This document shows, piece by piece, positions 1-7,403 of a stretch of 64,000 nucleotides of DNA (positions are counted from its first letter, which is position 1; the number at the start of each line of letters is the position of its first letter). Source of the stretch: a virus. Made by a program: the position numbers and the translations under genes. The stretch covers positions 1 to 64,000 of IMG/VR virus record IMGVR_UViG_3300045988_109366, one strand, 5' to 3'. The notes beneath the pieces are model-generated. The model was not told the origin of the DNA. It searched no databases and saw only the letters and a program-made list of their open reading frames with translations.

Positions 1-132
1 AAATACACCGCCTGCACCAAGGACGAGGCAAACAGGATAGCCGACAGCAACCTACAGTCAGACGGTATCTCTTACGCTAATGGATTAGCTCAGGCCGATA
101 GATGCGATTGCCCGGAGCCAACAAAGACGTGG
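1..132 (+). repeat. Constant-region repeat, copy A (in the expressed gene)
   Basis: 1-113 is 113/113 identical to the reverse complement of 2347-2459. 56-132 matches 1626-1702 with one mismatch (G65 vs A1635). Confidence 0.95.
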
Positions 133-393
133 AGCGCTTACGCTAGTGGAAGTTTCAACGGTCAATGTTTAAGTATATCGGTAAGCTACGATAATCCATG
201 TGGAAAATCTAAATCAGCTTCACTCGATGTGTATTATACTAGATCCGAACCGTTCGGAGATGTGGAATATTTCTTCACTACCAAGACCGTTACGATACCG
301 CCAGGATCGGGAACAGTATCCGGAGGTAGTGATTGCGTAAGTAACGCCACAAATATGTATATCTCTAACCCAAGTCAAGGTGGAGGATGTTAA
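1..393 (+). CDS. 3' end of a gene entering from upstream of the window: putative fibre/receptor-binding protein, constant linker (KYTACTKDEANRIADSNLQSDGISYANGLAQADRCDCPEP) plus Cys-rich C-terminal domain V_A
   Basis: Frame 1 is open from base 1 to TAA 391-393 (absent from the ORF track because there is no start in the window). A hairpin terminator follows. Two startless paralogous cassettes lie at 1616-1975 and 2052-2489. Confidence 0.7.
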   Translation, partial: KYTACTKDEANRIADSNLQSDGISYANGLAQADRCDCPEPTKTWSAYASGSFNGQCLSISVSYDNPCGKSKSASLDVYYTRSEPFGDVEYFFTTKTVTIPPGSGTVSGGSDCVSNATNMYISNPSQGGGC

Positions 394-399
394 AAACAA

Positions 400-428
400 A
401 AGGAGAGGTTGATTAGCCTCTCCTTTTT
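400..428. terminator. Bidirectional hairpin terminator between convergent genes
   Basis: Stem aaggagagg (400-408) pairs with cctctcctt (417-425), then a T-run. Near-identical to the hairpin at 2006-2031. Confidence 0.7.
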
Positions 429-705
429 AGATAAATCTAAGATCTCTTTTCTTAGTATGATTAAATATCCTACTAATATGCCTTGTACTAAAACCTGTTT
501 TGTCTTTTATCTTATCATAGATATAGTTCTTTGATACGTATGCTGACATCTCTCCAAGATCCTTTATAATCTCATCATACATATCATGTATCTCATTATA
601 TTTTATGATTGAGCTATCCCTCATTCCTCTTTCGCCTATACCATCAACTATGGCATCATTGAAACCGAAGAAATTAATTATTGACCTTATTATATTTATC
701 ATCAC
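427..705 (-). CDS. Small protein with possible C-terminal HTH (TGFSTRHISRIFNHTKK)
   Basis: 92-aa ORF whose start overlaps the stop of the upstream ORF by 4 nt. The HTH call is pattern-based only. Confidence 0.5.
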   Translation of the reverse strand: MMINIIRSIINFFGFNDAIVDGIGERGMRDSSIIKYNEIHDMYDEIIKDLGEMSAYVSKNYIYDKIKDKTGFSTRHISRIFNHTKKRDLRFI

Positions 706-1397
706 TGAATCTTTTGAGTTTTCTTGTTAATATCCATATCCGGATTCTCGTCCGTGGGGATCTGCAATTTGGTTATCGTCTCTCTTAACGTCTCAGATAC
801 CACATATTCCAGTAACTTATCAGGGCATATGAAATCATAATCCCATTGAGATATACATGGATCATCTTTTTTCGTTCCACATCCCCCTAGCTCTAACGCT
901 GCTTTCCTGTCAAGGGTTATAAGATCCACGTTTATAGCCTCTATATTTATATCAGGTATATAGATATATCCATCATTGACGTAATAATAGTATTGATCTA
1001 TATTACCATATTTACGTTCCTTATTATTAGCGTATTTTCTTAACGATATAGGAGTGAATATGATATCATCCATGATGTTCGATACCTTTATAATAGCCGG
1101 ACCTATACGGGTATATATCATATCGGGCAACCTTTTCTTAGATCTCATAAGAATCCGGCATAACTTGAACTCATCAAAACAGCAATCAACCTTCCGGACT
1201 CTCTCCATCTCCAGACAATTGATATGGGTATATAATGATTCCTCGCCGAACAAAGTACCGTCAGCGTATTTCTGGGCTATATAAGACCTTGCTTTTTGCC
1301 TGCCTATGGACAATATCCATCTTCTACTGACATGAGCGTCCTTATTGATGGAGTTCATGTCATTCATGATCCTAGATACAAATTCTGAATTTTTCAT
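702..1397 (-). CDS. Hypothetical protein (231 aa), inside the putative invertible segment
   Basis: Long ORF with coding-like composition. The antisense ORF 1054-1284 is a shadow. Confidence 0.65.
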   Translation of the reverse strand: MKNSEFVSRIMNDMNSINKDAHVSRRWILSIGRQKARSYIAQKYADGTLFGEESLYTHINCLEMERVRKVDCCFDEFKLCRILMRSKKRLPDMIYTRIGPAIIKVSNIMDDIIFTPISLRKYANNKERKYGNIDQYYYYVNDGYIYIPDINIEAINVDLITLDRKAALELGGCGTKKDDPCISQWDYDFICPDKLLEYVVSETLRETITKLQIPTDENPDMDINKKTQKIQ

Positions 1398-1435
1398 GCA
1401 TGAAATACTAAGGAGGGGATATACCCCTCCGGTTA

Positions 1436-1537
1436 TTACTTCTTTTTCTTAACCTTGCCTCCACATTTCAGTTGAGGTTTCTTTTTCTCGGAGATCTTGC
1501 CTCCATTAGCCATTTTCTTTTTCTTATTGCAAGCCAT
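1436..1537 (-). CDS. Possible Lys-rich micro-protein (MACNKKKKMANGGKISEKKKPQLKCGGKVKKKK)
   Basis: 33-codon ATG..TAA ORF below the track cutoff, followed by hairpin ggagggg/cccctcc (1413-1431). Confidence 0.25.
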   Translation of the reverse strand: MACNKKKKMANGGKISEKKKPQLKCGGKVKKKK

Positions 1538-1615
1538 AACTTAATGTATTAATATTAACGATACAATATTAATGATTTTAATTAATATATAAACAATGCG
1601 CATTGAATAAGCTAA

Positions 1616-1975
1616 ACTCACATCGAGTCAGACGATATCTCTTACGCTAATGGATTAGCTCAGGCCGATAGATGCGATTGCCCGGAGCCAACAAAGACGT
1701 GGTCATGGTCTGTATCTATGAATAATGATTGCATGAGTCATGAACAACTTGTCACATCAAGAGGATTTACGATTACGTATAATAATCAATGTGGTAGATC
1801 TATATCTGGTTCTGTGAGTGGTATAGGGTATACACAAAACGGAGAAGAGCAAGTCAATAGCGCTAGCTTTACAATTCCCGCAGGATCCGGAACCAAGAGT
1901 GGAAGTGTATATTTTAGCCGAGAAGTGGTATGTGGAGATGTAACAATCTCTGATCATGATTCAGGTAATTGTTGA
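1616..1975 (+). other. Silent (startless) C-terminal cassette V_B, same orientation as the expressed copy
   Basis: The frame opens right after in-frame TAA 1613-1615. There is no start codon until ATG 1718, which lies downstream of the 77-nt constant repeat. The product is homologous to V_A and V_C (NQCG-S-S, IP-GSG, terminal SGNC). Confidence 0.7.
1626..1702 (+). repeat. Constant-region repeat, copy B
   Basis: 76/77 identical to 56-132. Confidence 0.95.
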
Positions 1976-2005
1976 CAATCACTGCTGTTATGGTTTTTTA
2001 ATAAA

Positions 2006-2035
2006 AAGGAGAGACTTATTAGCCTCTCCTTTTTT
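2006..2035. terminator. Bidirectional hairpin terminator shared by convergent cassettes B and C
   Basis: Stem aaggagag (2006-2013) pairs with ctctcctt (2024-2031), with T/A runs on both sides. Confidence 0.7.
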
Positions 2036-2051
2036 GTTATACATCAGAATC

Positions 2052-2489
2052 TTAACAGTTCCCAGATCCTCCCCCAGAAACACTTATGGATCCACATTGT
2101 ACTCCTAAATCAAAACCTATGACACCGTTTTTTTTACCAGACCCAGTAGGTATACTGACGGTAGTACTTCCAGCCGTAACGGTTTGTCCATGATCATCCC
2201 TACCAGTAACAGTTACAGTTATTGATTTAGATGATCCACATTGATTATTGTAAGACACTTCATAGGAGCACCTTAATGCAGATGTAGAACCAGACAGGCC
2301 ATTACAAGGATCACCGCTCAGCATAGCGTTGGCGCTCCACGTTTGTGGGCAATCGCATCTATCGGCCTGAGCTAATCCATTAGCGTAAGAGATACCGTCT
2401 GACTGTAGGTTGCTGTCGGCTATCCTGTTTGCCTCGTCCTTGGTGCAGGCGGTGTATTTTTGTGTATAAATTTCTTGTATTATTAAAAT
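2052..2489 (-). other. Silent (startless) C-terminal cassette V_C, inverted relative to the expressed copy
   Basis: The minus-strand frame opens after TAA (plus coordinates 2490-2492). It contains the full 113-nt constant repeat in frame, then a diverged Cys-rich domain ending SGNC. The only ATG (2324) lies downstream of the repeat. Confidence 0.7.
2347..2459 (-). repeat. Constant-region repeat, copy C (inverted)
   Basis: Perfect reverse-complement match to 1-113. Weaker similarity continues to about 2320 with a 9-nt in-frame indel. Confidence 0.95.
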
Positions 2490-2546
2490 TTATTAATTTC
2501 ATGGTATTTTATTGCAATATCATAGAAATGTTTCTATATTTATGTC

Positions 2547-3116
2547 ATGAAATTAAAGATAAGTCAATACGCAAAAATAGAAAAGGTTACATATAGGACT
2601 ATATGGAATCGGATAAAATCAGGGAATTTGAAGTATGAAAAGACTCCAAACGGCCATATACTTGTTGTAATTGATGAAAATAAGGAGCAAAGAGTAGCGG
2701 TTTATTGCAGGGTGTCTTCTTCTGAGAACAAATCAAATCTTGAAAGACAAAAAGAAAGACTTTTATCTTATTGCGCAGCAAAAGGATATAAGGTTGATAA
2801 AGTAGTTTGCGAGATAGGGAGCGGGTTGAACGACAATAGGAAGAAGCTTGAATCAATGCTTTTAGATAAATCAATAACCAGGATAGTTGTTGAACATTAT
2901 GATAGGTTTAGTCGATTCGGAATGAATTATATACAAAAGTTATTAGAACTTGACGGTAGGACGATAGAAGTTGTTAATGCTCAAAATAACGACAGGGATG
3001 ACCTGATGAAGGATTTTGTTTCAATAATAACATCGTTTACGGCAAGACTGTATGGGCAAAGAAGAAGTAAAAAGAATACGGAAAAACTTATCAAGGAGCT
3101 AGGGAATAATGATTAA
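2547..3116 (+). CDS. tnpA: IS607-type serine recombinase/transposase TnpA (N-terminal HTH, catalytic Ser region VAVYCRVSSSENKSNLERQ)
   Basis: 189-aa ORF with an HTH-first then resolvase-catalytic domain order, and an ATGATTAA overlap with tnpB. Confidence 0.85.
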   Translation: MKLKISQYAKIEKVTYRTIWNRIKSGNLKYEKTPNGHILVVIDENKEQRVAVYCRVSSSENKSNLERQKERLLSYCAAKGYKVDKVVCEIGSGLNDNRKKLESMLLDKSITRIVVEHYDRFSRFGMNYIQKLLELDGRTIEVVNAQNNDRDDLMKDFVSIITSFTARLYGQRRSKKNTEKLIKELGNND

Positions 3117-4251
3117 AGCTTTCAAATACAGGATATATCCCAGCAGGTCTCAGGAAGTATTGCTTTCTAAGACCTTTGGATGTATCCGTGTAATTTGGAA
3201 TACTAATGTCGAGTCTTTTAATTCTTATGATAAGGAAAATAATCCTAAACCTAAGGTAATTACCAAATCTGATTTAATAGCTGACAAACCTTGGTTAAAT
3301 GATGTTTCTGTGGCAGCTATACAGCAAAAGATAAGGGATTTTCAAGAAACCTCCAAACAATTCTTTTCAAAGACAAGAAAGAAGAAAATACATAGACCTT
3401 CTTTCAAAAAGAAATCAAGGAACCAGTCTTATAGACTTCCTAATCAGAAATTTTCAATTAAAGAGAATAAGATAAGGTTAGAAAAAATAGGATGGGTAAA
3501 AATGTCAGTTGATAGAATTATTCCGGATGACTCAAAAATACTTTCATGTATAGTATCTAAAAATTGCTGCAATCAGTATTTTGTATCTATATCGATTGAT
3601 GTAGCCATTTGCCATAAGCCAAAAACAGGTAAATCAGTAGGGGTTGATTTAGGGCTGAAGTCTTTTGCCACGTTATCTGATAACACTATAATTGATAATA
3701 TAAAGTTTTTCAGAGAGAAACAATCTGAAATAGCTAAAGCTCAGAGATATTTAAGCAGAAAAAGGAAGGGTAGTAATAGGTACAGGAAGAATAGGCTAAG
3801 AATAGCAAGATTGCACAACAGGATTGCTAATAGAAGAAATTACTTTTTGCATAATATAACTACTTTCTTTGTTGATAACTATGATGTCATCTGTATAGAG
3901 GACTTGAATGTCTCAGGGATGTTGTCAAATCATAAATTATCAAAAGCTATATCTGATACAAGTTTTTCGATGTTCAGAAGCATGTTGGAATACAAATGTG
4001 ATTGGTATGGGAAAAAGCTTATTGTAATAGACAGATTCTTCCCGTCATCAAAGACATGTTCTAGATGCGGATGGAAGAAAGAAGACTTAACCTTATCGGA
4101 TAGGGTTTTTGAATGTAAAAATTGTGGCACTCAAATTGACAGGGATTTGAATGCTGCGATAAATATACAGAGGGTAGGAGTTGACATCCTCTCTAATCGG
4201 ACGCAGAGCAGCGAGGTTACGAGCTGCGATGAAGCGTCTAGGATTTTATAG
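3109..4251 (+). CDS. tnpB: TnpB RNA-guided nuclease (full length)
   Basis: N-terminal FKYRIYP. RuvC-I VGVDLG, RuvC-II ICIEDLN, zinc ribbon CSRCG..CKNCG, RuvC-III DRDLNAAINI. Confidence 0.9.
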   Translation: MIKAFKYRIYPSRSQEVLLSKTFGCIRVIWNTNVESFNSYDKENNPKPKVITKSDLIADKPWLNDVSVAAIQQKIRDFQETSKQFFSKTRKKKIHRPSFKKKSRNQSYRLPNQKFSIKENKIRLEKIGWVKMSVDRIIPDDSKILSCIVSKNCCNQYFVSISIDVAICHKPKTGKSVGVDLGLKSFATLSDNTIIDNIKFFREKQSEIAKAQRYLSRKRKGSNRYRKNRLRIARLHNRIANRRNYFLHNITTFFVDNYDVICIEDLNVSGMLSNHKLSKAISDTSFSMFRSMLEYKCDWYGKKLIVIDRFFPSSKTCSRCGWKKEDLTLSDRVFECKNCGTQIDRDLNAAINIQRVGVDILSNRTQSSEVTSCDEASRIL

Positions 4252-4284
4252 CAATTACTATGTTTTTCTATAAAATTTACAACT
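4130..4284 (+). ncRNA. Predicted omega-RNA scaffold of the IS607 TnpB (overlaps the 3' end of tnpB and ends at the right end)
   Basis: Segment GGACGCAGAGCAGC...GAAGCGTC is conserved at nucleotide level with the copy at 52585-52740. GAAGCGTC-N45-ACAAC ends at 4283. The 5' extent is not determined. Confidence 0.4.
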
Positions 4285-4752
4285 ATGAAAACAAAGTCAT
4301 TTAAAATACTTGATCAGTACTTTCTCCGATTTTATAGATCTATTATGTCTAAGAACGGTAAGAGAAGGAAACATACGATCGTGGACAAGAATGATATTCT
4401 CGAATGTCAGTCCTTGATATGGAAGGTCATACGTGATAAGTATCTGGAGAATGAGGGTGGAGTTTATATAAACAACATCGGCTATCTATGCCATAAGATC
4501 AATCCCAATCGTAAGATATATCTAAATAAGCTTACTGGTACTATTAACAGACGTGGGACGGGTGGATATTCTTATGTCCATACGTGTATTGATTTCATGC
4601 CAAGGAACAGGTATTTCCATCTCTATATTTCTCCTGCGTTAAACAAGGAGTGCAGACTGGCTATGGAGTCTGGAAGGAGATATAAGTTCTTGTACAGGGA
4701 AGTTGAATCGGAGAGTAAGGTATTTGGAGTTAAATGGGTTTACAAACTGTAG
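4285..4752 (+). CDS. Hypothetical protein (155 aa)
   Basis: ATG immediately after the IS right end. ORF ends at TAG and is followed by a terminator hairpin. Confidence 0.6.
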   Translation: MKTKSFKILDQYFLRFYRSIMSKNGKRRKHTIVDKNDILECQSLIWKVIRDKYLENEGGVYINNIGYLCHKINPNRKIYLNKLTGTINRRGTGGYSYVHTCIDFMPRNRYFHLYISPALNKECRLAMESGRRYKFLYREVESESKVFGVKWVYKL

Positions 4753-4765
4753 AAGTTTTTGTGAT

Positions 4766-4801
4766 CCAGTTAGCCCGTGAGGGTAGACTGGATTTTTTTT
4801 G
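4766..4801 (+). terminator. Intrinsic terminator with cGTGAg tetraloop and T9 run
   Basis: Hairpin ccagttagccc-gtga-gggtagactgg followed by ttttttttt. Confidence 0.7.
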
Positions 4802-4820
4802 TATCACGGATTCAAATACA

Positions 4821-4828
4821 TATCTTTG
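4821..4828 (+). promoter_or_regulatory. Bacteroidota-type -7 promoter box TATCTTTG
   Basis: Matches TAnnTTTG, 16 nt upstream of ATG 4845. Confidence 0.55.
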
Positions 4829-4844
4829 TGCAAAAGACTTAAAT

Positions 4845-5729
4845 ATGACGATAAAGGGCTTATTGGCCGAGATCAAGGCCGATTTACATAAATACGATGA
4901 TAGCGGGGCTATAGATACCTCATCTGTTTATAGGTGGGCTGAGATCGCCTTGAAAAGGTTCGGGGGTGTTATAGCCGTCATGTCCGAGGCGGTTGTCAAG
5001 ACCAGCAACAAACAGGCGGTATTGCCTTCTGATTTTTTCGACATGCTTGACGCCTATAGGTGTGAGCCTCTTGTCTGTGAGATTCCGGGCGGCGACAAGG
5101 CTAAGGCTGACCTCCAACACGAGATCGGCTGGGTCGAGCGCACCGAGCGTGGGTTTCGTTGGAACTCCTGCACCGAGTGCTGTAAGGAGGAGTTTGAGAA
5201 GACGATCACGGAGAAGATATATATCGGGTCTCACGAGGTTCGCTTCCATTACCATCATCCCGTAAGGTTATCGATAGGTCGTGGGTTGAGGCGTGATTGC
5301 GCCGCTGACAAGTATCGGGATAAGTACGATTGGGATAATTATGATATAACTATATCCGGCAATACTATGTATACAGGGTTTGATGGATTTATTTATATCA
5401 TATATCGTGCTACACCTAAGGATGATGACGGTCTCCCATATATACCTGAAACGGCGTTAGGATACCTTGAGGATTATGTCGAGACGTATATCAAGATGAA
5501 GATCTTCGAGAATGCCGCCGTGAATGGCTTGATACAAGGCGCTGGTGACGCTTATAAATTATATGCTCAGCAGGAGCCGGGTAAGTTCGCTAGGGCTATG
5601 AAGGAGCTTAAGATGTCGATGATCACGTTAAATGATTATCGGGAGTTGGCTGAGGATAATAGGAGAAGGATGTTGTCTTATGAGCGGATGTGGCCTAATG
5701 CTTTTGATAAGTATATCAAATTGGTTTAG
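4845..5729 (+). CDS. Hypothetical virion-module protein (294 aa; start moved to the ATG after the promoter box)
   Basis: In frame with track ORF 4734-5729. A terminator plus TATCTTTG box lie between 4766 and 4828. Confidence 0.65.
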   Translation: MTIKGLLAEIKADLHKYDDSGAIDTSSVYRWAEIALKRFGGVIAVMSEAVVKTSNKQAVLPSDFFDMLDAYRCEPLVCEIPGGDKAKADLQHEIGWVERTERGFRWNSCTECCKEEFEKTITEKIYIGSHEVRFHYHHPVRLSIGRGLRRDCAADKYRDKYDWDNYDITISGNTMYTGFDGFIYIIYRATPKDDDGLPYIPETALGYLEDYVETYIKMKIFENAAVNGLIQGAGDAYKLYAQQEPGKFARAMKELKMSMITLNDYRELAEDNRRRMLSYERMWPNAFDKYIKLV

Positions 5730-5801
5730 TTGTGGGGGAGGGAATCGAACCCTCGATCTTTAGGTTATGAGCCTAATGAGATACCTCTTCTCCACCCCGC
5801 G
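5730..5801 (-). tRNA. tRNA with anticodon CAU (Met, or Ile2 if lysidinylated); no encoded CCA
   Basis: Manual cloverleaf: D stem GAGA/TCTC, anticodon stem TTAGG/CCTAA, loop CTCATAA, T arm GAGGG-TTCGATT-CCCTC, U8/A14/GG present. The acceptor stem has C1.A72 and C3.A70 mismatches. Confidence 0.75.
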
Positions 5802-5843
5802 ATTATGATGCGAATATACGTTTTTAAAAAGAAAAAAGATAAT

Positions 5844-6572
5844 ATGGCAAAGAAAAATGATTGGATACATTTAGACAAGACAAGTGGTACTGGTCCTGCT
5901 GGGGTTAAGGTTACCGCTGATATCAATGAGACTGGTGAGATACGTCAGGTAACGTATAAGGTTATAAAAGAGGGAACCAAGGAGGAGAAGACGTTCGTGT
6001 GCAGGCAGGAGTCCGTCCCGGTGGTGATCATCCCGGAGTTCGATTACCTTGTGCTTAGGTATATCTGGGCTGACGAGGACGGCATTGACTTTGACACGGC
6101 TACCGGTTTCGATAACACCGGCCTCCCGGACGTGGACGGCAAGCTGGTTGGTTGGAGTAAACAGTCCCAGACCGCGCAGGAGCGGGTAGGTGATTATCTT
6201 ATCCACGGTGGTGATAACATGGAATCAGGTAATGAGGCCGCCTTGATCCAGATGGGGCCGTTGTTGGATGGCGATAATTATGATAAATTACCTCTTGAGA
6301 TCAGGTGTAGTATATACGGTAACTGGTATGGTGGTCGTGAGAAAGGTAATGTCACTATCAGGTTCACGGCATATAAGGGCGGTTCTATGGAGAAACGTGG
6401 ATATGATTTTGTCAATATCGGAGGCGAGGAGGTTTATACCGGTGATACCCCTACCAACGTATCCGCCCATGGTGAGGATAATTGGCAAAATATAAAGACC
6501 TTGTATTCTAAGGTAGGCACGATGATCTACAACAAGGAGTCTCGTGACTGTATTGTAAGAATAGGTGAGTAA
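5844..6572 (+). CDS. Protein with N-terminal BACON-like Ig module (SGTGPAGVKVTADINETGEIRQVTYKV)
   Basis: ATG 5844 is in frame with track ORF 5730-6572. The upstream part of that ORF overlaps the tRNA. Confidence 0.6.
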   Translation: MAKKNDWIHLDKTSGTGPAGVKVTADINETGEIRQVTYKVIKEGTKEEKTFVCRQESVPVVIIPEFDYLVLRYIWADEDGIDFDTATGFDNTGLPDVDGKLVGWSKQSQTAQERVGDYLIHGGDNMESGNEAALIQMGPLLDGDNYDKLPLEIRCSIYGNWYGGREKGNVTIRFTAYKGGSMEKRGYDFVNIGGEEVYTGDTPTNVSAHGEDNWQNIKTLYSKVGTMIYNKESRDCIVRIGE

Positions 6573-6608
6573 TTATTCTTTTTCATAATACAAATATCTA
6601 TCAGCTTT

Positions 6609-6637
6609 CTCATCCGTGAGGATGGGGAGTTTTTTTT
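6609..6637 (+). terminator. Intrinsic terminator (catcc-GTGA-ggatg, T-run)
   Basis: Hairpin followed by tttttttt. Confidence 0.6.
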
Positions 6638-6692
6638 GTTTTTTAGTCCTTTACTTATGACATATTTGATCTTTTATTGCGCAGGAATAATC

Positions 6693-6700
6693 TAGCTTTG
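6693..6700 (+). promoter_or_regulatory. -7 promoter box TAGCTTTG
   Basis: Matches TAnnTTTG, 15 nt upstream of ATG 6716. Confidence 0.5.
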
Positions 6701-6715
6701 CCGAAAACTAGTATT

Positions 6716-7216
6716 ATGGTCACATTGAATGATGTAAATAACGAACTCCATGTCCGGTTATATATACTGGAGGTACTTAAGGATTATATAAGAGATGATG
6801 ATTTCGATGGTCTTGTAGATAAGGCGTTGGATTTTGTCATGGAAGGCGTTTCTATGCCTAAGGCTCCGACCAAGGATACCACCATGAGTGACATATCAAA
6901 GAGCGTTTTGGCCTTGGTAGCGGGTGCTGGATTAGATGAGAGGTTAAGCAAAAGCTCTTTAGAGTTAGCTTATGACAGATGTAAGATGAGGTACGTATTC
7001 GATCCTCGAAATCGGGATATACACGGTGTAGTCGTAGGTTATTCCAATGACTTTAATAGTCTGGTAGCTGTGTGTGATGAGGGATCGAAGAAAGGAGTGG
7101 ATAAAGGATCTACTGATTTTGTGGATGTCAATGAGAGATACGTGACTAACGGTTTCTTTTACATATCTGTAGAGGATGCCGATAAGCAATCGAACTACAT
7201 GGGTAAAAATTTGTAA
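6716..7216 (+). CDS. Hypothetical protein (166 aa)
   Basis: ATG in frame with track ORF 6677-7216 (whose start is TTG). Confidence 0.6.
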   Translation: MVTLNDVNNELHVRLYILEVLKDYIRDDDFDGLVDKALDFVMEGVSMPKAPTKDTTMSDISKSVLALVAGAGLDERLSKSSLELAYDRCKMRYVFDPRNRDIHGVVVGYSNDFNSLVAVCDEGSKKGVDKGSTDFVDVNERYVTNGFFYISVEDADKQSNYMGKNL

Positions 7217-7263
7217 TTGTTGTGTTTTTGTACTTTATACGAGCGTTTAAAAGTATTTAGTTC

Positions 7264-7297
7264 TCCTCCTGACTTGTGAAAGTCTGGAGGATTTTTT
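7264..7297 (+). terminator. Intrinsic terminator
   Basis: tcctcctgact/agtctggagga stem (one mismatch), loop tgtgaa, then T6. Confidence 0.65.
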
Positions 7298-7379
7298 ATT
7301 TTTGTACGATTTGAATGTTTTGCATAATACGTACTGTTTATTAGAATCCGCCACATAAGTGATTATCTGGTGGATTTAT

Positions 7380-7387
7380 TATATTTG
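7380..7387 (+). promoter_or_regulatory. -7 promoter box TATATTTG
   Basis: Matches TAnnTTTG. It lies inside the 5' end of track ORF 7359-13922, so the true start must be downstream. Confidence 0.5.
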
Positions 7388-7403
7388 CGAAAAAGATAAT
7401 GTC

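Larger units (their letters stand above)
2490..4284 (+). mobile_element. IS607-family element (tnpA serine recombinase + tnpB); left boundary approximate
   Basis: tnpA and tnpB overlap by 8 nt. The end motifs ATCATAGAA..TATTTA (left) and TTCTATRAAATTTACAAC (right) recur in the deleted copy at 52581-53330. Confidence 0.7.

Noticed and set aside
1054-1284. Plus-strand ORF 1054-1284 inside the putative invertible segment.
   Set aside because: It is antisense to the longer ORF 702-1397 and has low-complexity composition.
1-2489. Diversity-generating retroelement (template/variable repeat) as an explanation for the repeated segments.
   Set aside because: The shared segment is identical rather than differing at adenines, the divergence lies in whole downstream domains, and no reverse transcriptase gene is present in the window.
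7359-7403. The GTG start at 7359 for the 2187-aa ORF, and similar upstream-extended track starts (4734, 5730, 6677, 29338, 30108, 35250, 38664, 39815, 47167, 52490, 63224).
   Set aside because: In each case a terminator, tRNA, promoter box or structured leader occupies the extension, and a conventional ATG or GTG follows at the spacing seen for other genes.
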